64,000 nt of DNA from Vitrella brassicaformis CCMP3155. Lineage: Eukaryota; Protista; Chromerida. The DNA is taken from positions 1 through 64,000 of the forward strand of contig CDMY01000486.1 of NCBI GenBank assembly GCA_001179505.1. The letters run 5' to 3'. How positions within the stretch are numbered: position 1 is the stretch's first letter; every line of letters begins with the position of its first letter. This document shows positions 11,836 through 22,695 of the stretch, piece by piece. A model generated the notes under the pieces. It did no database searches. It saw only the letters and a program-made list of their open reading frames with translations, and had not been told where the DNA came from. The translations under genes and the position numbers were made by a program.

Positions 11836-14520
11836 CTACCGACCCCTCTCTAAATGCAGATGCCAATTGTGCTGGTGCACATGCAGATTCACAGCACCAT
11901 ACACCCCACCACCCCCCGACCCCTCAGTAGCGGCCGTCTCGCTGCCATGGTACATCACAACACTCCCGCAAGACACAAACTGCAGCGGCATCTCACCATC
12001 GCCGTACTCGGACGATGCTGGCACCGTGCTGTCGGCTGCCAGAGACACACTGTTGGGCACCACTGATGGCTCCGGGACAGAGGCGATGCCATCGGCATGG
12101 CTGTCCTCACTGCTGACAGGGCGGGAGGGCTGCTGCTGCTGCTGCTGATGCTGCTCGACGAAGCCCAGAGAAGGCGTCTGCGAAGCCGGCGTCTCTCCGT
12201 TGGGCTTCAGACTCGGCTCTTCCTCCCTCTCGTCTTTGTTGTCTGCCTTGGTGGCTGTCCCTGGCCCATCGGCGGCATTCACAGGCATTGTCTCAGACAC
12301 ACTGATGCCGTTCTCCTTGCCGCGGCTGGCCATCGATGGCGCAGGTACGCTGCCCTCACTGCTGGCGGGGCGCGACTGAAGGGCGCTGACGAATCCGTTC
12401 TGCACGACGGTAGCTGGAGTCGCGGCGGTGTGTTGGGGCGGGCTGGGGATGGAGAGAAGGGGTGTCTGCGACGCCGGTGTCTCCCCGTGGGATGACGCCG
12501 GTGCCGGTGCTGGTGTGCCCTTGACGGTGTCGGGTTGCTGCTGGCCCGTCTCGTCTTCTGCACCTGGTCGCTCTGCCGATGACCCACTGGCAACGGCCGC
12601 CTCAGACAAACCACCACGGGCATCTCGCTGCGTCCCCATCTGACGGCCATCCCCCGCTGTGTGCACGCTGGTGGCGCTTGAGCTTGAAGGATGGGCAAGA
12701 GGGGAGGCCGTCGCAGCTTGCATGGGCGGCGAGCTCTGCCGCAGGATGTCGCGGACCGCCAGGATGTCGTACCGCCCGTCATCTCGCACCTCCGGGAATC
12801 CATGCGGCTGTCGCCCCGCTGCTGCTGCCGATGCTGCTGGCTGCGAGCTCATCTTGCCGCCCCTGGATGCTTTGTATGTCTGGTAGCGCATGGCGACGAT
12901 CAGGTCCAGCCACCCCAGGTCGGGGAAGGCGATAATGACCTCACGAGATGGGGAATCGGCACGCCGTGAGGTCGTCTCCCCAGTGGAAGCCAGCCGAAAC
13001 CTGATGGGCTCGCCACGCTGCGGCCTGGGCGGCATGCCGCCCCACCGCAGCATCGTCGTGTACTGCGTGTCCATGTCGATGTCGCCGCCGCGCTTGTTCC
13101 ACTCGTCCAGCGTCAGCCACTTGCCGCCCTGAGCGTCCCAACCGACCCACCTGAGGGATGACGGCCAGGCGCCCGTGGATGCGTCTCGGATGGGTGCTAT
13201 GGCCAGGCCCTGTGTGGGTGTCTCCTTGGCACCCGTCATGACGGCCCATGCCGTGCTGCCGAACCGCTTGGCGACGAGGAGGTGAGGGAAGCAGGCGCCG
13301 TAGTTCATAGTGAGAGGGAAGATGGTGGGCAGGTCGCGCAGCTTGTCGGATGCAGAGGAGAGCTCGAAGGCGGTGCCGATGGCCAGTTGGCCGCCCTTCA
13401 TCGAGAGCACCGTGCACTTGGGCGTGCTGTTTGTGGGCGGTTCGTGGTGGGATGGGCTGAGGGACGACTGCGGGCGGCCGACGAACAGCAGTTTGTAAGA
13501 CAAGGGGTCCGTCTGGATGCCCAACTGCTGAGAGAGGGCCGTCCTGATGTCCATCATGTTGCACGCGTCAGTAGGTATGGCCAGATCCTTCATCTGCGGC
13601 CCCTCCCTCTCGGTCAGCAGCAGCACGCGCAGCGTCAGCGACACCTCAATCGACGTGGGATAGAACACCTTGGGCCTGCCCGTGCCCGTGCCCATCCCGT
13701 CGTCGGGCAGGTGATACCACTTCCTGCCCCAGAGCCCGTCGACACTCAGGCGGCCGTTCATGATGCTCCGGCTGCCAGTGGCAGGGCAGTAGGCCACAAT
13801 CACGCGCCGGCCCCTTGGCGTCAGCCGCGAGAGGAGCTCGTCGTCGGCAGCCGTGGTGTGGCCGTCGACGCGCATGAGGCACCAGACCTGCCTCTGCACC
13901 AACACCAGCTCATAGACGGGCTGCTGCTGCTGCTGCTGGTCGCCCGTGCTGCTGCTGCTGCTGCTGCGATACATGATCAGAGAGGGGTAGGGGTCGGGGG
14001 GGCTGGTCTGTGACGATACTGATGCGGTGGCTGTGGCTGCGCCTGTGAGGCGGATGTCCTCGACCCGCGTGAAGGTCAAGTCGGGGGGTATGGGAGAGGG
14101 CAGCCCAGTAACCCTGGCCTCCCTGCCGGCACTCAGATGCAGCGCCTCGTACGTCTCGCTCGTCGTCCCCCCCATGGCCTCCCTGTCTGCCGCCTTCTGC
14201 ACAGTGCGATGGAGCAGCTCGCACAAGCGGGAGTACGGGAGAGAGGTGGCAGTGGCCGGCAGCACCTCTGACTTGATAGTCGTCATGCTGGCGTGGGAGA
14301 AAGTGGGGGAGCCGGCCCGGGGGGGGACGGGATGCTGGCAGCAGAGAGGAAAGAAAGGGGAGAGAGATGGGCGAATGAATTGTGGGGCGGTGTGTCTTGG
14401 CTTGAGCAAAATGGAATGTCTGTCACCCACCTGTGTGATGGTGAATGAGGAGCGGCTCTTCTGTTCGTTGAGGTCGGTGCGGTCGCAGTAGGACAGGATG
14501 ACCTGCAGGGCGTGGCACCA

Positions 14521-14552
<32 letters not shown>

Positions 14553-15744
14553 TAGAGAAATGGGTAAAGTACAACAAGTGGCGAGGTGTGTCACTCCCTG
14601 ACTCACCACTTGTCCGTCCAGGTAGGTGTGGTTGAGGCACAGTGCATCGCGGCGGTCGGCCTCCTTCGCGAACTCCAGATAGAAAGTCGACTTGGGCAGA
14701 CAACTCTCACTGACACAACGCACACACACACACACAGACACACCCACCCACGGCAATGCACCACCTGAGATGATGATTGGCCAATGTATTAGTGGCACGC
14801 TCACTTGTTTTGGTCGATGCAGTCGTCCCTGGGTTTGCTGTGCCACACGTGCTTGGCCGGCCCGCGGAACATCTCTATCACAGACTGACACACACACACA
14901 CACATGGCCCCCTGCACCCCAGGCCTGGGCTGATCTGATCGACCCACCCACCTCAACAGGCGTTTCACAGTGCAGCTTGGTCTTAATGTAGAACTTCTTC
15001 CTCTGATGCTTGGACGCCGCCGCCCTCAGCACCGCAATGCGATTGAGGATCTCATCGACGGACGAGCACGCAGCGGCCTCTTTGATAGCAGACATCACCT
15101 TGGCCTGACCGGCCCGGTCGAGCTGTGAGGCGTGGTTGAACGACCTGTCCAGTGGATCTGACACACACACACACATACACACGTACGACAAAGGAGTGGA
15201 CTGCTTCCCGTCATCGACTTACCTTCGATGACCCATGCTTGCTGCCCATCCCCCTTGAGCCGCTCCTCGCCCAGCCAGTCGGCACGCTTGGTGGTGCTGC
15301 CAGTGCCGCCCTGCCGCACGGACACGACCCACTTGAGGAGGTCGAACCTACTGCCGTAGAAGCGAAAGAACCCCATGACCAGCTCATCCAGACTCTTGAC
15401 GGCCTGCGACAGACACACACACAGACACTGTCAGTGTGGCGGCATTGGGTGGGTGGGTGTGGCCGCGTGGTATCTATCAGTGCTGTGCTGACGTTATCAG
15501 TGCTCGCTGGTGCTGGTGCTGGTGTGGGTGGCGATGTGAGGAAGCACACGTCGATCCTGCTCTTGTTGTCTCGTGTGGTGCGTCTGCACCGGTAGATGGA
15601 GGGGCTGTCGGCCGGCACATCCTCCGGCACACGCTGCAGATTGGGCAACACACCTTTAACCTGCACATGAACGAACGAACAAGGAAACACAGACAGACAT
15701 ACAGACAGATATGTGTGTGTGTGATGTGATGTGATGTGATGTGA

Positions 15745-15775
<31 letters not shown>

Positions 15776-16634
15776 CTGTAGGTAGAAGATGGTCATGAGG
15801 ATGAGGCCGTAGCTCGTCATGCTCTCGCCCTCGGCAGACACCAATCCCTCACTCTTGGCCCACTTCTGCAGTCAGTGGAATGTACACCACACCACACCAC
15901 ACACAAGGGGACGTGTTGTGTTGTGTTGTGCTGTGTCGCGTGACGTGACGTCGTCTGAATGCCGGTGTGACGCCGGTGTGATTGACCTTGATGAGCCGCC
16001 CCATGTGTGCCACGCGGCCATGTGGGTCGGCATCGCAGTAGGCCTTGAGGAGGTGCGTGTTGTCCACGGCCAGGGCGTTGTTGACGCTCAGATCCACCTC
16101 CACACCTACACACCCACACACACCACACACACATCCACACCACCACACACGCAGGCAGGCCAACTCACCTCGGTGCTCCATCTTGAGTATAGGTACGCGG
16201 GCCGCAAACACCCGTGCGATGCGTCCGAACGAGTGCCGCTCCAGCACCGGCACCAAATCGCCCAAGAGCCGCTTCTGAAGCATCTGACGGTCCGGGATCT
16301 CGCCAGGATAGATCCCCTGGAGGTCTTTGGGGTTGATCAGAATCGTCACATCGATGTCCGAGCCCTGTGTTGCAAACCCATTCATCGACCCGCCGAACGC
16401 CGCACACGTGAAGGACGAGGCCGCCTTGCCATGCAGCTCCCGCAGGCAGCCCGAGAGCTGGCTGCATGTGTCATTGACAAGCTGCGGGAAACTGTCTGCC
16501 GGTGCGATTGAGTCGATGAAGCTCTGCAGGGCGGCCGACTTGACCGTGGCTGAGCCATGCAGGGAGGGGGAGGTGCCGTTGGCGGTGCCAGTGTTGTTGT
16601 TGCTCTCGGCAGATGCGTCGTAACTCTCTGACAT
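11836..16634 (-). CDS. Cid1/TUTase-like non-canonical poly(A)/poly(U) polymerase with PAP-associated domain, RRM and long C-terminal extension
   Basis: Pol-beta NTase signature FGGSMNGFATQGSDIDV, ARVPILK, VDLSVNNALAVDNTHLL, SYGLILMTIFYLQ, and a PAP-associated region FFRFYGSRFD...WVVSVRQG...WVIEDPLDRSFNHA assembled across GT-AG introns. Confidence 0.88.
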
Positions 16635-16723
16635 GGCCGCGGAAGATGAAGATCCCACTTCAGACGAGGATGCTGAAGCCGGATGCAGCCCGAGAGGGAG
16701 TTTCGCCCCAATTCCCTGGCCGA

Positions 16724-16747
16724 ATGCGAGCTTGGCATTGCGAGCTT
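16724..16747. promoter_or_regulatory. 24-nt element atgcgagcttggcattgcgagctt (double TGCGAGCT), identical at 21329-21352
   Basis: Exact match between two divergent intergenic regions; regulatory role is inferred. Confidence 0.5.
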
Positions 16748-16835
16748 ACGAAGATTCATGCGCAAACCGCTGTCAGAGGCAAAATCGTCCAAAATCGAGG
16801 AGGTTCTTTCGCTACTAAGCTTGCAATACCGCAAG

Positions 16836-19589
16836 ATGAGGCTGAAAGTGGAGATGGATGATGCCTCTGTGGCACTTGATGCCACTGAGGAGCCGCTGAG
16901 GCGGTCGCTCGTCCTCGTATCTGACAATATCACCAACATCGGGTGAGGCAGCACACACATGGAGGAGGAAGGCAGATGGACTGGAGGCACCAGGGCCTGC
17001 ATGACGAGCATGGATGGACTGTTTGTTAACCTTGGTCTGGTCTGTGTGTCCTCTCCGCTCAGTGAGCTGATCTCTCACCTGCAGGGCCAGTTCGGCTTCC
17101 TCGCTGCTCCTCGTGTGCCATACCTGTCACTGGATGGCTTTACTCTGCCGCCGTCACAGCCGCTGGGCATCCTCCGGGACACTGACGTCGTCCGGTGGGC
17201 ACACGATACATCCGCAACACACACACACACCGGCCATTCTTGACCTCTCTGGCCTTGGTGGTTGTCAGGGTGCATCTGGTGGGTCAGCAGCGGGACCCCG
17301 CTGCTGCAGCCGCCTCTGCCCGCACCGATGAGCAGGAGACGATGGTCGCCACCGCTCCTCCACTCGCCCAGCCCATCCATCCCGTCAAGTTCGAGCCACA
17401 GACACATGACAACGGCCAGGCAGAGAGGAGCATCGACAGGGCTCCTCTTCCTCCGCCAGATGCAGTCGCCAGCAAGCGGCCGTGCGACGAGCATGTGGAT
17501 GCAAAAGGAGCGGCAACGGGCGAGTCGCGGCACAAGCGAGTACGCAGGCGGCGCAGGAGGAAGAAGGAAGACCATGGTGAGGCAGGGGTGGCTGCCGAGG
17601 TGCTGCTTGATGAGACAATGCCGGCAGAGACATCGACAGAAATCAAGGCTGGCGACCTTATCAGCGTCGCCAGGCTCACCGAGCCCATTGATCCTGGCGT
17701 CCGAGATGTGTCAAGCATCGCTCCCGACCCCAGTCAGCGGCAGCCCTACATCGGCCAGGAGCGAGTCGGTGACATTTTGCGAAAGCTTGTCGGGCGCTAT
17801 GAAGCAAACGACGGCGACCATGTGGTCCGTGTGGAGCCAATGGTTATCACTCGTTTTTCGCGTGGGGGGAAGACGAGATTAATGAAGCAGATCGGGGCAG
17901 GCCTCCACACGCAAGGCATCCCTGCCCTATTCATCACGTATGCATGTAGAAGCAGACAGACAGAGGCAGAGGCTGATTCGTATACACTCACTCAGCAATG
18001 ATGAGCTATGTGTTTCTTCTTGTGCGTGGCCATCTATCCATCGTTCTGCAGGTTCAACGAGCAGACAACGCCCACTGACTTTGAGCTATCTGCCTGCAGC
18101 CCGCTGCAGTCCATCTCGTTGCGGATAGCCTGGGCCACTGCAACGCCGGAGGCTCTCGAGAAGGTGGCACAGGCTCTGAAAAAGCCTGTAGCCGAACTCA
18201 CCTTCGACGACTGGGTGCGGACTGTCTCGGTCAGCCATCGGACCATCAAAGAGTGGCTCGGCAGCGGCCCTCTGGTCCTCTTTGTTGACGAACTCAACCA
18301 GCGCATCCCCTCAAACACTGTGTTCGAGGAAGAGCCATTGGCACTGGAGCTGGCTGACTTTGTTCTTCAGCACTTTCTCAACAAGCGGCAGCGTTACTTT
18401 GTGTTTTCGAGCCAGGTCGCCGCACTAGGGAACAGTCTCCTGAGGTACTACTCGAGGTTCGGCTTTCGCGGCGTGTACAAATTGCAAATCCCGAGGGTCG
18501 AGAGAATCTCTGCTGTGACCGAGAGCGGCATCTGCTCAGGCACACACGCTGGTATCGTCTCCTGGACTGGACGGGTGCCTGGTTTGCTGACGCTTATGTA
18601 CTCGAATGAGCCGCCGCAGCCAAACAACGTCCGACAGCCCTTTAAAGCCATGGAAGCCCCTCGTCTTGACGCGGACCTTGCTCGAGCCGTCATTCAAACA
18701 GCGATTGAGGGCGACGGAAAGCTTCTGGGCAGACTGGGGACGTGGTCGCGCTTCCTAGACGTCTTCGGCTATTCGTGTGTGTGGCCGCCATGCTATCTGG
18801 GGCTGGCGTGTGACGAGTTGGGGAAGGCCCCGGAGGTCAAGAAGGCCCTCGGCAAAGGCTTCGCGACTGGCCTGAGGTTGATCCCCACGCTTCTGGACCA
18901 GCTACTCGATGAGAGGGAGTCCGGCAAGCGATGGGAGGGCGTTGCCGTCGCAGAGGTGCTCCTCCGACTCCTCTACAGTCACTTGGAAGGAACCGGAGGT
19001 TCACTTGAGCATGGCGGCAGCTCAGCTGGTCCCTGATGCAGTCGACGATGGATGCAAGTTTGGGGGCGTCATCACCGCAAGCCAGCCGGAGACGCTCAAG
19101 GCGCTCATCACCGAGTTCCACCAGAAGATGGACCCGACACTCGCAGGAGAGCGCTACGTCTCTTATTTCGTCAAGCCCATAGACTCAACTCTCCACGGCT
19201 TCAGCTTCTTCGTCTTTGTGACCGAGTACGGCAGCTTGACGACAATCTACGGCGGCCAGTGCAAGGAGAGACCGACGGGCTCCGACAAAGACTTCATCAT
19301 CATCAAGCACAGTGTGTCTGAAGCGGTCGCATCGCTGGCGCCAGACGAGGGCGACCCTGAGGCTATCAATGCCTCAGCGAGGGTCTACTTTCGTGGCATC
19401 TGGCTGTGCGGTGACGATGATCAGGGGCAGGAGGTAAACATTAACAAACGGTCGGAGCGAGATATCGGTGTGGTGCCATCACGTGCCGCCATTGAGGAGG
19501 TTATCGGTGTGTCTCTTGCGCAGATGTGTCCTTTCGAATGGCTGGTAGAGGGAAAAGACCAGGCCGGCGGGGAAGGGACAGGGGCTTAG
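16836..19589 (+). CDS. Crinkler (CRN/CR)-like protein: Coilin-N-like header + P-loop NTPase + REase-like C-terminus; apparent +1 frameshift near 18975-19020 (possible pseudogene). Exons 16836-16942, 17063-17194, 17269-17937, 18052-19589
   Basis: Three GT-AG introns keep frame. Walker A-like ITRFSRGGKT, Walker B LVLFVDELN, C-terminal KPIDSTLHGFSFFVF...YGGQCK. Coding continues in a second frame (ORF 18909-19589). Confidence 0.7.
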
Positions 19590-20112
19590 CTTCTTCAGTC
19601 GGTTGGGTGTCAAGTATGTCTGTCTGGTGCGTGTGACTTTACTCACGACGAGAATGTGGTCCAGTCCCTTGTGGGGTTTGGGGTGCATATGTGTATAGTT
19701 AGTCATATGCATGTGGGTGGCTGGGTGAATACCTACCTACATGTGATGTGTGTCTCTCGCAACTATGGCAGGCAGCCATACCTCAGATCAGATCATGCAC
19801 GTACAAACCGACTGACATTAACATGACGTACGACAGACAGGTCCTGCACTTAGCTTTGTCCGTCTGACTGGTCTACCTACCGGTCCGCATCCCGCGTGAA
19901 TATCACTGAACCACCAACGCGTCCATCACCGCACCATCCACCAACGCACACCTTCCCCATTCCCTTTTCCCACCCTCTCTATCCACCAAGCACGGCAAAC
20001 AGACATACAGACAGGTGCACTGTGTGTTGTCTGTAATTGCAGGCAAGCACAACTGACTGACGGCCAGGCACACTCCCTTCCAGTCTGTTTCAATTGTTTT
20101 ACGGAGTCCCTC

Positions 20113-21285
20113 CGTCGAGCTCAGATTTCTCCATGTACAGTGCACTGGATGAAAATGACCTATCAGATCTGCCTGTGTCTACATATCTGCCTTCGTCGAG
20201 GCGGTCTGTCGCTCATAAACTTACTCTTACTAGGACAGACACGTACGACAAAGAACGACACAAAAACTGACCACACAGCCCACACCCCAGAGCAGCCTTC
20301 ACCAACACGAAACACAGGGCTAGGCCAGCCAAGGAAGGTCGCTCATTGGCCATCAGCAATCCTGCGGGTTCCCCACTGTCTCAGGAGGGACGTTCTGCTG
20401 TGGCAGTGCCGTCCATTGTGTACTCCTCTGTCTACTGTCTTCATCCATATCGAACATCACTCCAGAGAAGTAGGTGAGGAGCGCACAGAGGAAACAAACG
20501 AGAATATTGTAGCCGCTAAACACCGCCTCCCCGGGTATACACTTGGTTTCATGTAGGTCATCTTTGGAGACGATGCCCTGGACGATGCTGCGAGAATAAC
20601 GAGCGGAACGAAAGGACAGGAACCAACCCAGCACCAGAAGAAAGGCGCCACCCAGCACAGCTGCCATGGACAGGTCAATCAGCTTAAGGGGTTTCCGAGA
20701 CTTAACAGCGGCCTCCAGACATCCAAAGCCACAGCAAGCCACAACCATCAAGAAGAGAGCCAGACTCGCCGTGACATAGAACTTGATGCCCACTGCCTTG
20801 GCCTTCCGCCACTTAGTCTCCATCTCGTCGTTTCCTGCTGCTTTGTCGATCAGGAAGTCATAGGATGCTCGGCAGTGACAGTGGACGACGTCAGGTTGCT
20901 CTCTCAGGCGCTCACGAGTCTTGACGCTCTCCTTGCAGTGCTCGAACTGCAGTTCGCCAGTGAGAGGCGTCTTGACGCTCTCACTGAGAGGCGTCTTGAC
21001 GCTCTCACTGGCACAGCGGACGTCCCCCGACGCAAAGCAGTCAACTTCTTCGTTGTCACGGCAGACACGGTGGAGCTCGACCTCCAGGTAGTAGATCTGC
21101 AGACTCGTCCATTGCTCAATCTTCATGAGGGACAGCTCTCTTGAGGCGAAGGCCGTACACACTGACCAGGAGCGGCCAGCCAGAGTCGAGAGGAGCGGAG
21201 TAAGGGCCAGAATGAGAGGAAGGAGAGTGAGCCGGCGCGTCTTCAGTGAGAGTTTCTCGTCATCATCGCTCATCTCGACTATGTG
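20113..21285 (-). repeat. ~1.15-kb inverted duplication; partner at ~29897-31048
   Basis: CDS plus ~240 nt of 3' flank match the reverse complement (e.g. tgcactggatgaaaatgacctatcagatctgcctgtgtctac occurs in both, on opposite strands). Confidence 0.9.
20353..21273 (-). CDS. Intronless 4-TM membrane protein with Cys-rich first loop (paralogue 1)
   Basis: Single ORF from ATG 21273 with four hydrophobic segments; near-identical to 29919-30809. Confidence 0.75.
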   Translation of the reverse strand: MSDDDEKLSLKTRRLTLLPLILALTPLLSTLAGRSWSVCTAFASRELSLMKIEQWTSLQIYYLEVELHRVCRDNEEVDCFASGDVRCASESVKTPLSESVKTPLTGELQFEHCKESVKTRERLREQPDVVHCHCRASYDFLIDKAAGNDEMETKWRKAKAVGIKFYVTASLALFLMVVACCGFGCLEAAVKSRKPLKLIDLSMAAVLGGAFLLVLGWFLSFRSARYSRSIVQGIVSKDDLHETKCIPGEAVFSGYNILVCFLCALLTYFSGVMFDMDEDSRQRSTQWTALPQQNVPPETVGNPQDC

Positions 21286-21527
21286 CTGAAGACGTTGCTG
21301 AAGTGGCTGTCGGCACAAGGATCTGCGGATGCGAGCTTGGCATTGCGAGCTTGAAAGTGCAGATCTGGAGGATAACGAAGCGGAGGAGCAGCAAAGGGGC
21401 AGTGTGCGACAGGAGCACTGCCAGCCGGAAATATGTCTTCGTGAGGATCCCTCTTGGCGCATTGCTCGAGCTGCTGAGAGGGGTGTGATCACATCAGCTC
21501 AGCAGCCAGCGCGACCGACCAGCCAGC

Positions 21528-22695
21528 ATGGAGGAGGGCAAGGACGACAGGCCTGTCGTGCCACAACAGGAGGACGAGCCGCAGGAGGGAGCCACCGACA
21601 CCACCACGACGGCGGCGGCAGAGGGACAGCAACAGCCACCACCGGCCGTCGAGCAGCAGCAAGAGGGAGAGGGCGAGACCGCCGAGCAGCAGGCGCCTGC
21701 CGACACGCAGGAGGTCCCGCAGCCAGGCAATGAGAAGGAGAAAGAGGAGCCGGCTGCCGAGGCGGGTGGCGAGACTGAGACCGAGGGCAAGACCGACGAC
21801 ACGCCCGCTGAGGGCGATGCCAATGGTGCCGGTGGTGGTGGTGATGAAGGTGAGGAGACCGCCACGATGGACCAGGAGGGCGTCAAGGACAAGGGCGGCG
21901 TTGACAAGGGCGACAGCGGCACCGAGACGACTGAGGCGAGTGACGAGAAGCACCCGCTGCAGAACATGTGGCACCTGTGGATGATCAACCCGGTCAAGGA
22001 GAAGACCCAGACCAAGTGGGTGGACTCGCAGCTCAAGGTCCACACCGTCACCACCGTCGAGGACTTCTGGTGCCTCTTCAACAACATACACGGGCCCACC
22101 AAGGTCGGCAACGGCAACGACTACTCGCTCTTCAAGGACGGCATCAAGCCCGCATGGGAGGTAAGGTACCGCACCACTGTCAAACACACCACACCACACA
22201 CCTCACGCACCGGCACGACAAACGACACACCGTCCTGTCCCTCACTCTCTCTCTCTCTCTGTGGTTTTGTGTGGTGTGTGTAGGATCCGGCTTTGACGAA
22301 CGGCGGTCGTTGGGTTGCCAAGATCAGCACGCCCAAGGTGCTAGACGACCTGTGGCTCAACATCCTCCTGGCCATGATCGGCGAGACATTCCACGACGCC
22401 GGCGGCGACTGCGTCGCTGGCGCCGTCGTATCCGTCAGGGGCAACAAGGTCCTCACGCATAACATACGCCCACACAGCACCGACACACACGCATGGTTCT
22501 GTGTCTTGTGTGAGTGTGCAGGGCCAGAAGATAGCGTTGTGGCTGTGCGACTCGTCCGAGGCGGTTGCGATGAAGGTCGGGCGTAAGCTGCACGACATCC
22601 TGCTGCCGCTCGTCGAGACCCGCAAGGAGGCCGAGCTGTCCTTCGAGGCATTCAACGACAACGACAGGAACGCCAAACAATACGTCGTCAAGTGA
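21528..22695 (+). CDS. eIF4E: Eukaryotic translation initiation factor 4E with long acidic N-terminal extension; exons 21528-22160, 22284-22448, 22522-22695
   Basis: HPLQNMWHLW, TVEDFW, DYSLFKDGIKPAWE|DP...NGGRW, LWLNILLAMIGE, GAVVSVR...KIALW; conserved cap-binding tryptophans are present. Confidence 0.95.
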
